Source: Candidatus Iainarchaeum sp. (lineage in GTDB: Archaea > Iainarchaeota > Iainarchaeia > Iainarchaeales > JACQJH01). From it: 32,000 nucleotides of DNA. The first letter of the stretch is position 1. Every line of letters starts with the position of its first letter. The position numbers and the translations under genes were made by a program. The stretch spans positions 120,001 to 152,000 of the forward strand of contig JACQJH010000002.1 of NCBI GenBank assembly GCA_016205145.1. The letters are read 5' to 3'. Shown here in pieces: positions 1 through 7,212 of the stretch. Under the pieces are notes generated by a model. It did not search any database. It was given only the letters and a program-made list of their open reading frames with translations, and was not told the DNA's origin.

Positions 1-2
1 TG

Positions 3-134
3 CCGGAAGTGTGGGAAGAACTGCCGGACCCGAAGGCTTTCCTTGAAAGCCTCTGCCTGAAAGCCGGCCTCGGCAGGAACGCATGGAAGGACAAAAACAC
101 GAAGTTTTGGGTTTTTTCAACGCAAGGCTTTTAG
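3..134 (+). CDS. 3' end of an upstream CDS (partial, product unknown)
   Basis: Frame 3 is open from the window edge to TAG at 132-134 (PEVWEELPDPKAFLESLCLKAGLGRNAWKDKNTKFWVFSTQGF*). The other + frames hit stops at 44-46 and 58-60. No family recognised. Confidence 0.3.
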   Translation, partial: PEVWEELPDPKAFLESLCLKAGLGRNAWKDKNTKFWVFSTQGF

Positions 135-184
135 CAAAAAAAAATCAAAATGCAAAAAAACCGCGCTAAATATGTTAATAAATC

Positions 185-241
185 TTCCACAATAAACGAA
201 TATTTCCAGTAAAAACAGGTTGTTTTTCCACAATAAACGAA
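185..241. repeat. Two exact 16-bp direct repeats TTCCACAATAAACGAA (185-200 and 226-241), period 41 bp
   Basis: Read directly from the sequence. The proximal copy contains the AATAAA box about 23 nt upstream of the ATG at 257. Confidence 0.9.
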
Positions 242-256
242 AAGGGGCGTTGTGTT

Positions 257-451
257 ATGAACTTGGACGGTTATCTCAAAAAGGGCAGGTCAAACACTGA
301 TTACAACAAGGCTCTGCCGCCGAAAACGTGCCTGAACTGCGGCACGCCGATAACGGAAGACGGCACTTTCCTGTCAAGGACAAGGTTCTGCAACATGGAC
401 TGCAAGGAAGAATACGTTTCAAAATCAACTTCAATGGACAGGCAATACTGA
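257..451 (+). CDS. Small Cys4 zinc-ribbon protein (FCS/TRASH-like)
   Basis: ATG ORF of 64 aa. Cys pattern C-x2-C-x16-C-x3-C (CLNCG...RFCNMDC) resembles FCS/TRASH-type metal-binding ribbons. Confidence 0.55.
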   Translation: MNLDGYLKKGRSNTDYNKALPPKTCLNCGTPITEDGTFLSRTRFCNMDCKEEYVSKSTSMDRQY

Positions 452-505
452 AACCAAAGCCGAAGGCAAAAAGGCCAATGCTTTCCGGCCAGGCGGCCTG
501 CAACA

Positions 506-530
506 CCGGCAGCGCATATTTTGCTGCCGG
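506..530. terminator. 8-bp stem hairpin between convergent genes
   Basis: CCGGCAGC (506-513), a 9-nt loop, then GCTGCCGG (523-530). It lies between the zinc-ribbon gene end (451) and the methyltransferase end (546). Confidence 0.3.
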
Positions 531-545
531 AAACCAAATCACACG

Positions 546-1196
546 TCAGCCATGCAAGGGCTTTCTGCATACAACGCCGGCGGGGTTCTCAAAGCGCTTG
601 CATTGCACAAAGCCGGTTTCCTGCAGGCGCTTCATGGTCGAAGCCGGAAGGTCCTTTCCGCTTTTTTCGCCGGTCTGGCCAGTGTAATGGAACAAAGTTC
701 CGCAGTTTTTGAGGACGCGGAACAGCCCGGCATAAAAAGGCCTGCCGTAAAGCTCCCCGGCAATCGAAATCGACGGAGGGTCGTGGAGAATTGCGTCAAA
801 ATGGCGGCCCGGAAAAGACTTTATGCCTTCAGCCGCGTCTTCCAGCCGGACAACGATTTTTTTGTCGGAAAAAAGTTTTGCGCTCGCAGGATTGTTCCTT
901 GCGACCTCCAAAACGTTTTGGTCGATTTCAAACGTGCAAACCTGATTGACGCCAGGCCTCGAAGCAATTTCAATCGCGGTATAGCCCAGGCCGCAGCAGG
1001 TGTCAAGAACATTCCCTTTCAGCTGGCCAAGCGCAAAAACCATGCGCTTTGTGGTTTCAGCCACGCTTGAATCCTTGAAGCAGTGCATGCGCACGCCGGA
1101 AATTTCAAGGCACGGCAAAGAATCGGTTTCAAAAAGCCTGTAAAACCGGTTCGTCTCGGGCGAAAAAAAAGAAAAAAGGGTTTTGTGCTTTGCCAT
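546..1196 (-). CDS. Class I SAM-dependent methyltransferase (archaeal COG2521-like)
   Basis: The ORF track gives 546..1484, but the upstream part overlaps the next gene. An internal ATG at 1196 (MAKHKTLFSFF...) has an AT-rich box at 1216-1223. Motifs: VLDTCCGLGYTAIE (SAM motif I), ILHDPPSIS (DPP motif IV) and LEISGVRMH. Confidence 0.75.
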   Translation of the reverse strand: MAKHKTLFSFFSPETNRFYRLFETDSLPCLEISGVRMHCFKDSSVAETTKRMVFALGQLKGNVLDTCCGLGYTAIEIASRPGVNQVCTFEIDQNVLEVARNNPASAKLFSDKKIVVRLEDAAEGIKSFPGRHFDAILHDPPSISIAGELYGRPFYAGLFRVLKNCGTLFHYTGQTGEKSGKDLPASTMKRLQETGFVQCKRFENPAGVVCRKPLHG

Positions 1197-1306
1197 AAAA
1201 CAGTTTTTTACTGCAATAAAAATAATATTTGGTCTGTGGCAAAAAAAAGCCCGGTAGCCATGCCGGAAAATCATTCCAAAAGCTTTTGGATGAAAATTTG
1301 CCAAAA

Positions 1307-2308
1307 CTAGGAATAATTTATAGAATAGCTGCCGCTGCCGCGCTCTTTTTTGACGCAAATGTGCTGTATGGAGCCGCCGGTCTGCCAGGTTATGCTCTCG
1401 GAAAAGCCGGCAACTCCCTCGTTGACCGAAAAAGCCGCATTCTTGCGGTCCTTGTTTGTTTTGCCATAATACATGAGGTCCCAAGTCGTGTCCTTTCCGC
1501 CCTGGTCGCGGACCGTGAAACTCACGTCAAGGTCCTTGCCTGGCGAGACAACAACCGAGGCACTGCTTCCAGTGGACAGCCTGAAACAGTCCACGGTGTC
1601 AAGATAATTCAACAACGCGCTGTAATCCTTGTTGCCCGGCGATATTTCCAATGCACCATCAGGGGTATCGCCTGCATCCGTGCCGCTGCCGGCATCGTTC
1701 TGCGGGGTTATTTCAAGCGCAATTGAATATTTTCCTGTGCCCTTCTTGCTTTCAACGCTGAAATATTTGGTGTAGCTTTTCTGGGCCGAGCTTTCCTGGC
1801 TCCAGAAGGATTCCGGCTTGCCGGCGATCGCCGCATCAATTTTGAAGTCCCTGCCAACATCGCTGCCGCCGTCATAATACAGGAAATCCCATGTCCTGTC
1901 CTTTCCGCCGGCATCATAAATCCTGAGCACGGCGTCAAGACTTGTGTCAGGTGCGACAGTTACCTGGAACCTGTCACCAGCGCCGACAGTAAAACTGTAA
2001 AAGTCAATGTCATCCGTGGCGGAAATAGCGTTATCGACATAAGCGCCGGCCTTGAGTTCAATTTGGCCATCCACAAACTTGTTGGGCGCATCACCCGCGC
2101 TTCCGCCATCGTTCTCCAAAACTGCGCTTGGCTGCGGCTCAACTGGCTGGGGCTTGGCGGCAGTAGTGCCAGTTCCAGTTGACGGAACAGAAGGCGTTGG
2201 GGTTTGTTCCGGCTGTGAAACGTTCGCTGCCTGTTCTTGCGGCTTGGCGCAACCCAGCAAAAAAAAGCTGAAAACGATGAGGATTGCCAGAAGATTCAGT
2301 TTCCCCAT
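1307..2308 (-). CDS. Secreted lipoprotein with two tandem PPC-like (pre-peptidase C-terminal) domains
   Basis: Signal peptide plus lipobox MGKLNLLAILIVFSFFLLGC, followed by a Pro/Thr/Gln-rich linker. Two repeats of about 120 aa share D-x-DFY/CF...GGKD(R/T)TWD(F/L)(L/M)YY...G(T/S)G(K/S)YSI. Alternative starts at 2326 and 2344. Confidence 0.7.
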   Translation of the reverse strand: MGKLNLLAILIVFSFFLLGCAKPQEQAANVSQPEQTPTPSVPSTGTGTTAAKPQPVEPQPSAVLENDGGSAGDAPNKFVDGQIELKAGAYVDNAISATDDIDFYSFTVGAGDRFQVTVAPDTSLDAVLRIYDAGGKDRTWDFLYYDGGSDVGRDFKIDAAIAGKPESFWSQESSAQKSYTKYFSVESKKGTGKYSIALEITPQNDAGSGTDAGDTPDGALEISPGNKDYSALLNYLDTVDCFRLSTGSSASVVVSPGKDLDVSFTVRDQGGKDTTWDLMYYGKTNKDRKNAAFSVNEGVAGFSESITWQTGGSIQHICVKKERGSGSYSINYS

Positions 2309-2549
2309 TTCCAAAACCGTTGGCATAATTGTCTCCGCCGCCATATTTATTCTTTTCGCCAAGACAAATTGCGGCACTGATAACAACCTCGGTTGGTTGC
2401 TTTTGCCAGGTTTTGAACCGGTGCATTCGGCGATGAGACGTCTTTGTGGAACCGATTTTTCACCAACCGAAAATATCAGCACCACCCACAGGCGGGAAAA
2501 CGAAAAGCTTTTATTGTGTTTAACATATTATTTACGTTGGTGAACGCAA

Positions 2550-2783
2550 ATGGTGAGTTTAACTTTGTCAATTCCGAATGACCTGAAAAGGCGGATGTCG
2601 GAGCACCCGCGGATAAAATGGTCCGAAGTTGTGAGGGCCGTCCTTGAACAGCAGATAAGCGAAATCGAGGAAACCGGGCGGCTTGCATCAAAAAGCAGGC
2701 TGACGGAAAAAGACGTTGAAGCGCTGGCGCTGGCTGCCGACGGGGGCATTGCAAAGCGGTGGAAAGATGCTGCTCGTCGTTGA
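2550..2783 (+). CDS. Ribbon-helix-helix type antitoxin (VapB-like)
   Basis: 77 aa. N-terminal beta-strand then helix pattern (VSLTLSIPNDLKRRMSE...). Overlaps the downstream PIN gene by 17 nt. Confidence 0.65.
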   Translation: MVSLTLSIPNDLKRRMSEHPRIKWSEVVRAVLEQQISEIEETGRLASKSRLTEKDVEALALAADGGIAKRWKDAARR

Positions 2784-3180
2784 CGCGAACATCCTTTTTT
2801 CAGCGTTCCTTAAAAAAGGCCTGACCCGACAGGTGCTGTTGGACAGACGGCTAAGCCTTTTTGCGCCTGAATTCCTTCTCGACGAATTCAAAAAATACTA
2901 TCCTGAACTGCTCAGGCGCTCGGGCCTGGAAAAGGAAAAAGCGCTCAGGCTTTCAACAATTTTGCTTTCAAGAATCGATTTTGTTGAAATGCAGGAACTC
3001 GAACCTTACCGCAAAGCCGCGGAACATCTGACAGCCGACGCAAAAGACGAGGCGTACATTGCGTGCGCCCTGGCGGCAAACGCCGAACTCTGGAGCCACG
3101 ACAGGCACCTCAGGCAGCCGAGAATAAAGTGCTTCAGCACGAAAGAGCTTGCGGAAAGGCTGGCGAAAAAAACGCGCTGA
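2767..3180 (+). CDS. PIN-domain ribonuclease toxin (VapC-like)
   Basis: ATG at 2767 gives MLLVVDANILFSAF... (first acidic PIN residue). Later DEAYIACALAANAELWSHDRHL supplies the C-terminal acidic residues. The longer track ORF (2716) would overlap the antitoxin by 68 nt. Confidence 0.75.
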   Translation: MLLVVDANILFSAFLKKGLTRQVLLDRRLSLFAPEFLLDEFKKYYPELLRRSGLEKEKALRLSTILLSRIDFVEMQELEPYRKAAEHLTADAKDEAYIACALAANAELWSHDRHLRQPRIKCFSTKELAERLAKKTR

Positions 3181-3210
3181 CCGCCAAATCTGGCCATGGA
3201 ACCGGACTGT

Positions 3211-3220
3211 TTTTTATAAG
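3211..3220 (+). promoter_or_regulatory. TATA-like box (TTTTTATAAG)
   Basis: Centred about 34 nt upstream of the ATG at 3250, implying a leader of about 8 nt. Confidence 0.4.
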
Positions 3221-3249
3221 TTTGAGACAAGTATTTTTGGGTTTGGAAA

Positions 3250-4623
3250 ATGGAAAACGTTTCAGTTGTCATACCGGCGCTCAACGAGGAGAAGACGATT
3301 GCAAACATCGTCAGGATTGCGAAAAAAACGCCGCACGTGAAGGAAGTCATAGTGGTTGACGACTGCTCATCGGACCAGACCGTGAAGGAAGCGAAAAAAG
3401 CCGGGGCAAAGGTCGTGCAAAGCAAAATCCTCGGAAAGGGCGCGTCAATGCGCGACGGCCTCAGGGCGGCAACGCAGCCGGTGGTGGCGTTTATCGACGC
3501 GGACCTGTCCAACGTCAAATCAGACATAGTCTGGAGATTGTGCGAGCCGGTGCTGGCGGGGGAAGCGGACTTCGTGAAATCGACTTTCGGCAGAAAAGCC
3601 GGCAGGGTTACGGAGCTTGTCGCGAAGCCGTTGCTTGAACTGTTCTTTCCGGAGGCGACGAATTTCACGCAGCCGCTGTCAGGAATGGTCGCGGGCAGGA
3701 AAAAATTGTTCGACAAAATGGAATTCGAAAACGATTACGGCGTCGATGCCGGCATACTGATCGATGCAGTCATGCTTTCGCCATCCATAGAAGAAGTCGA
3801 CATAGGCTTCATCGGCCACAAAATGAAGTCCTGGCGCGAACTTAAACCTATGTCGCTGGAAGTTTCAAGGGCAATCATTGCCAGGGCGACAAAGTACCGC
3901 AGGCTCAACCTGCTTTCGATGTCCGGCATGGGCAGGTTTTCAGGCGCCCTGGAGGAAACCCTGCAGGAAATGATTCCGTTAAAGCGCAGGCTCGCCGCTT
4001 TCGACATGGATGGCGTGCTCCTGGACGGAAGGTTCATTTTCGAGTTCGCTAAAAGGCACGGCTTCCTTGACAAAATAGAAAAAATTTCAAAAGAAAAGTC
4101 GGACACTTTTATCAAAACAAAAAAAATGGCGCTGCTCATGAAAGACTTCACGGTTCATCAGATAATCGAAACCGCGGACTCGATTCCGATCATGCCGAAC
4201 ACGAAAATAGCCATAAAGGAGCTGAAAAAAGACTGCATTATTGGCATCATAACGGACAGCTACAGCATCGCCGCGGAAACGTTAAGGAAAAAGCTGGAAC
4301 TGGATTTTGCCATCGGCAACGAACTTGAAATCGTGAACGGAAAGGCAACCGGCGAAGTAAGGGTGCCGTCAATTTTCCTTCCGCCGGAAAACGGCTGCAA
4401 AAAGCACGGCGTGTGCAAGTCAAACGCCCTCAAAAAAACCGCGGAAAAACACGGCATCCTCCAAAAAGACACTATTGCCGTGGGCGACAATACTGCTGAC
4501 ATTTGCATGATAAGGGAAGCCGGCATCGGCATTGCCTTCATGCCCAAGGACCGCGAACTCGCGAAAGCCGCCAGAATAGTCATCCGGAAGAAAAACCTGG
4601 CGGAAATGCTCAAATACTGCTGA
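3250..4623 (+). CDS. Fusion protein: GT81/GpgS-like glycosyltransferase (N) plus HAD-IB phosphatase, SerB-like (C)
   Basis: N-terminal half: VVIPALNEEKTI, VVDDCSSD, FIDADL, GRVTELVAKPLLELFFPE, QPLSGMVAGRK, YGVDAGILID. These closely recall glucosyl-3-phosphoglycerate synthase. C-terminal half has HAD motifs I DMDGVLL, II ITDS, III K (KSNALKK) and IV GDNTADICM. Confidence 0.8.
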   Translation: MENVSVVIPALNEEKTIANIVRIAKKTPHVKEVIVVDDCSSDQTVKEAKKAGAKVVQSKILGKGASMRDGLRAATQPVVAFIDADLSNVKSDIVWRLCEPVLAGEADFVKSTFGRKAGRVTELVAKPLLELFFPEATNFTQPLSGMVAGRKKLFDKMEFENDYGVDAGILIDAVMLSPSIEEVDIGFIGHKMKSWRELKPMSLEVSRAIIARATKYRRLNLLSMSGMGRFSGALEETLQEMIPLKRRLAAFDMDGVLLDGRFIFEFAKRHGFLDKIEKISKEKSDTFIKTKKMALLMKDFTVHQIIETADSIPIMPNTKIAIKELKKDCIIGIITDSYSIAAETLRKKLELDFAIGNELEIVNGKATGEVRVPSIFLPPENGCKKHGVCKSNALKKTAEKHGILQKDTIAVGDNTADICMIREAGIGIAFMPKDRELAKAARIVIRKKNLAEMLKYC

Positions 4624-4753
4624 TGCAAAAACCTGAAAAGGACCGGCAAATAGCAGGCCTAAAAATCATTCAAAAACGTTTGAATGAAAATTTCTCCGAA
4701 AAATAGAACCAAGCAGGATAACCTGTTAAAATGTTAAATTTGACCTGCCCCAG

Positions 4754-6205
4754 TCATTCATCAGCCCTTTTAATTACGCGGACCGTGCCTTTAGTGGCAT
4801 CAACATCCAGCAGATCGCCGTTCCGGAATTTCTGCGTCGCCTTGTAGGTTCCGACAATGCAGGGAATCCCAAACTCTCTTGCAATAATTGCCGCATGAGA
4901 AGTCATGCCGCCCTGGTCGGTCACTATTGCGCCAGCCTTTTCCATCAAAAAAACCATATTAGGCTGAGTCATCGTCGTAACCAGTATATCACCTTGCACA
5001 AAATCAGCAATATCGGCATACAACGCGTCAAGGCCACGGAAAATTATGACTTTTGCCCTCCCTTCAACATGGCCTGGGCTGGCTGGCGTCCCTTTCAATT
5101 CAGCCGCATCATTGCTATCCGCACCAAGAACATCCGCGGCCATCTTTTCTGCCATGGAACCTGAAAAAAACTCTTTTTTTGCATTATCCTGGAAAAAAAC
5201 AAACACGTTCTTTCTTGCCATTCGCTCAGGATCGGAAACAACTACGCCGGATTTAAGAAAATCCCTTGTCTCATCCAGCCGATAAGTTTTGAGGTATTCG
5301 CCAACCCCGATGCCAATCCGGGACGCAATTTCCTTAAACAGACCTAAAAACTTGTATTCTGCACCGTTTTTCCATTCCTTATATTCGAACCGTATTCTGC
5401 CCTGCTCCCTTAAAAACGCAATTAAGTCAAGCAAATCCGAATCATCAATCCGCGCCAGAAGTTTCTGCCGCTTAGCCTCGACCTTTTTTTTCGCAGCCAG
5501 TATTTCTTCAAGATATTTTTCGTGCGAAAGCTTGTTTCGTTTAGCTTCCGAAACCCTGTTTTTTATCGAGTCTATTATTATCTGTTCATCATATGTGCCA
5601 AAGAAGAGAAGAGAATAATTCAGCGCGTGGGTCCGCAGGTCTTCTTCTGGGACAACCTCATTCACGGCGAGTTTTCTAAGGTCAATTTCTTCCCGGTTCA
5701 AAAGGTCCAACTCGGTTGGAGTCAAAAGCAGGCCGTATATTTCCTCCAAATTCTCCCCCGCAAAATGCTTTGGAAGATATTCCCTGACGTGATGTTCAAG
5801 CAAAGAAAAGCTTCTTCCACCGGAAACCTGATAGTAAGCAAACATTCGCTTAAGCCGGTCAGAGTATCCGTCAAAAAACTTTAACAGCCCGGCATTTGAA
5901 AGCTCCCCGACATCGAATTCCTTATAACCGCTGAAAAAAATTTTGAACTCTTCTGCGCAGGAAGCTATCTTCCTTTGGAATTGCGCCCGGTATTTTGGGT
6001 CAAAAAATATTTTTCCTTCAAGCTTGATTCGTTCAAGTTCTTCTGACGGAATGTGACAGGTCTGCAGGCCGCCCTTATTGACATAAATGACTTTTTTCAG
6101 CATTCCGGGAACAGGCGCAAAATCAGTGAATCCCGAAAAAAATATGTCGTTCAATATGAGGGAGTGAATTTCACTGTAAACAAAAATCCAATCTTCCCCC
6201 GCCAT
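4754..6205 (-). CDS. PEP-utilising-enzyme mobile (swivel phosphohistidine) domain protein with uncharacterised N-terminal region
   Basis: The C-terminal ~90 aa read GTPASPGHVEGRAKVI...ILVTTMTQPNMVFLMEKAGAIVTDQGGMTSHAAIIAREFGIPCIVG (catalytic His motif). The N-terminal ~380 aa show no ATP-grasp or PEP/pyruvate TIM-barrel motifs. ATG at 6205 lies exactly 26 nt from the TATA centre; the track start at 6250 is GTG. Confidence 0.8.
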   Translation of the reverse strand: MAGEDWIFVYSEIHSLILNDIFFSGFTDFAPVPGMLKKVIYVNKGGLQTCHIPSEELERIKLEGKIFFDPKYRAQFQRKIASCAEEFKIFFSGYKEFDVGELSNAGLLKFFDGYSDRLKRMFAYYQVSGGRSFSLLEHHVREYLPKHFAGENLEEIYGLLLTPTELDLLNREEIDLRKLAVNEVVPEEDLRTHALNYSLLFFGTYDEQIIIDSIKNRVSEAKRNKLSHEKYLEEILAAKKKVEAKRQKLLARIDDSDLLDLIAFLREQGRIRFEYKEWKNGAEYKFLGLFKEIASRIGIGVGEYLKTYRLDETRDFLKSGVVVSDPERMARKNVFVFFQDNAKKEFFSGSMAEKMAADVLGADSNDAAELKGTPASPGHVEGRAKVIIFRGLDALYADIADFVQGDILVTTMTQPNMVFLMEKAGAIVTDQGGMTSHAAIIAREFGIPCIVGTYKATQKFRNGDLLDVDATKGTVRVIKRADE

Positions 6206-6226
6206 GCCAGAATTATCCCACAAATG

Positions 6227-6235
6227 AAATTTAAA
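6227..6235 (-). promoter_or_regulatory. TATA box (TTTAAATTT on the - strand)
   Basis: Centre at 6231, 26 nt upstream of the ATG at 6205, giving leaderless geometry. Confidence 0.55.
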
Positions 6236-6276
6236 CAGAACTAGAAACACACGGCAGCCGAAATTCTAAGATAAAG

Positions 6277-7029
6277 CTAGATTATCTTTTGAATGAAGAT
6301 TTCGCCGAAGAACTCGTCCTGCCATGCGAAGATTTTGCCCTTGTTCATGAGGAAAAGCATCGGCACGAAATGGCCGACTATTTCAAGGGCATCCCGCTTG
6401 TCTCCGAGCAGGCGCGAGAATAAAACTATGCCCTGGCTGTCGGCTGTTTCCACGATTTGGAGCCAGAGTTTTTCAACGCGCGCTTCAATGCTTTCGCCGG
6501 CGCTTGGAATCCTGAAAACCGGGATGTCTATAAGCCTTGCCTTGATGCGCTTTTCCTGCGTTTTCTGCAGAATGGACTCGATCGAGTTGACCAGGTCGTC
6601 AAGGGTTACCGCGCCTTCCCTGAACCTGCGCAAGCCGTGCAAATCCGGCAATTGGCCTTCGTCGAAAATGAACTGCTGTTTTGCCATTGCCCCTTCAACA
6701 TCGTCCTCGAATTCTTCCAGCGAACTGAGGCGCAGATATTTTGCCTTGTGTTTCAGCAGGATTGCGGAAGCAAGAATCGCGTTTGCCGGAACCCTCAAAT
6801 CCGCTTTGTCCATTGCATTGATTTTTATCAGATACTTGTGGGCAAGCTCGGCAACGTCGATGTTCCAGGGATCCATTTTTTCAGTGCGCACAAGGTCCAA
6901 AAGGATTGTTTTCCAGGCCGGCTGGTCAATCAGGTCGACCAAGTCGACGTTGGCATCATAGCCGAAGCTCGGACTTTCCTCTTCGTCAGCGAAGCCTAAG
7001 GCATCCGGCAAAGGCACTTCAGAAGGCAT
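6277..7029 (-). CDS. scpA: Segregation and condensation protein A (kleisin)
   Basis: 250 aa. The ScpA-like N-terminus reads LLDLVRTEKMDPWNIDVAELAHKYLIKINAM...VPANAILASAILLKHKA. The start may instead be GTG 7017, given TATA-like boxes at 7041-7050 and 7064-7074. Confidence 0.75.
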   Translation of the reverse strand: MPSEVPLPDALGFADEEESPSFGYDANVDLVDLIDQPAWKTILLDLVRTEKMDPWNIDVAELAHKYLIKINAMDKADLRVPANAILASAILLKHKAKYLRLSSLEEFEDDVEGAMAKQQFIFDEGQLPDLHGLRRFREGAVTLDDLVNSIESILQKTQEKRIKARLIDIPVFRIPSAGESIEARVEKLWLQIVETADSQGIVLFSRLLGDKRDALEIVGHFVPMLFLMNKGKIFAWQDEFFGEIFIQKII

Positions 7030-7081
7030 AAGATTTCAACTATTTAAAAGTAAGCGTTAGGTTGCTTAAAAAGGTTTTGGG

Positions 7082-7089
7082 AAAAAAAA
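7082..7089 (-). terminator. Oligo-T (T8) tract on the - strand, about 120 nt downstream of the cysS stop
   Basis: The + strand has A8 at 7082-7089. Oligo-T is the typical archaeal termination signal. It precedes the scpA promoter region. Confidence 0.4.
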
Positions 7090-7180
7090 GCGCACCAAAT
7101 GACAGTTTTGGCTTTGGAATGCTAATGCCGATGGAATCAGCTTCGCCAGCAGGCGCAGCTCCATGCGACTGAAAGGAGCA

Positions 7181-7212
7181 TAGCGCCCCGAACCAGCCGG
7201 ACGGAATCGGCT
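7181..7212. repeat. Intact copy of a 32-nt element TAGCGCCCCGAACCAGCCGGACGGAATCGGCT
   Basis: Matches 31129-31137 plus 31231-31253 with 1 mismatch; in that second copy a 93-nt insertion separates the two parts. Contains the hairpin AGCCG-N8-CGGCT. Overlaps the cysS stop codon by 2 nt. Confidence 0.8.

Noticed and set aside
1197-1484. N-terminal extensions in the ORF track: 546..1484, 7211..8788, 8535..9311, 27076..28434, 2716..3180, 4754..6250 and 21246..22817.
   Set aside because: The extensions run through promoter boxes or into neighbouring genes and add non-homologous residues. Internal ATGs give family-typical N-termini with correct TATA spacing.
6293-6961. Long ORFs antisense to recognised genes. 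Examples: 6293..6961 and 6457..6999 (opposite scpA), 7991..8698 (cysS), 8643..9338 (cysE), 3006..3716 (GpgS-HAD), 12256..12954 and 12462..13121 (cimA), 17728..18378 and 19399..19899 (carB), 24089..24955 (M29-like), 27793..28335 (amt).
   Set aside because: Each lies opposite a gene with strong family motifs. Their translations are low-complexity (Ser/Arg/Ala/Phe-rich) with no motifs. Stop-poor antisense frames are expected at this GC content.
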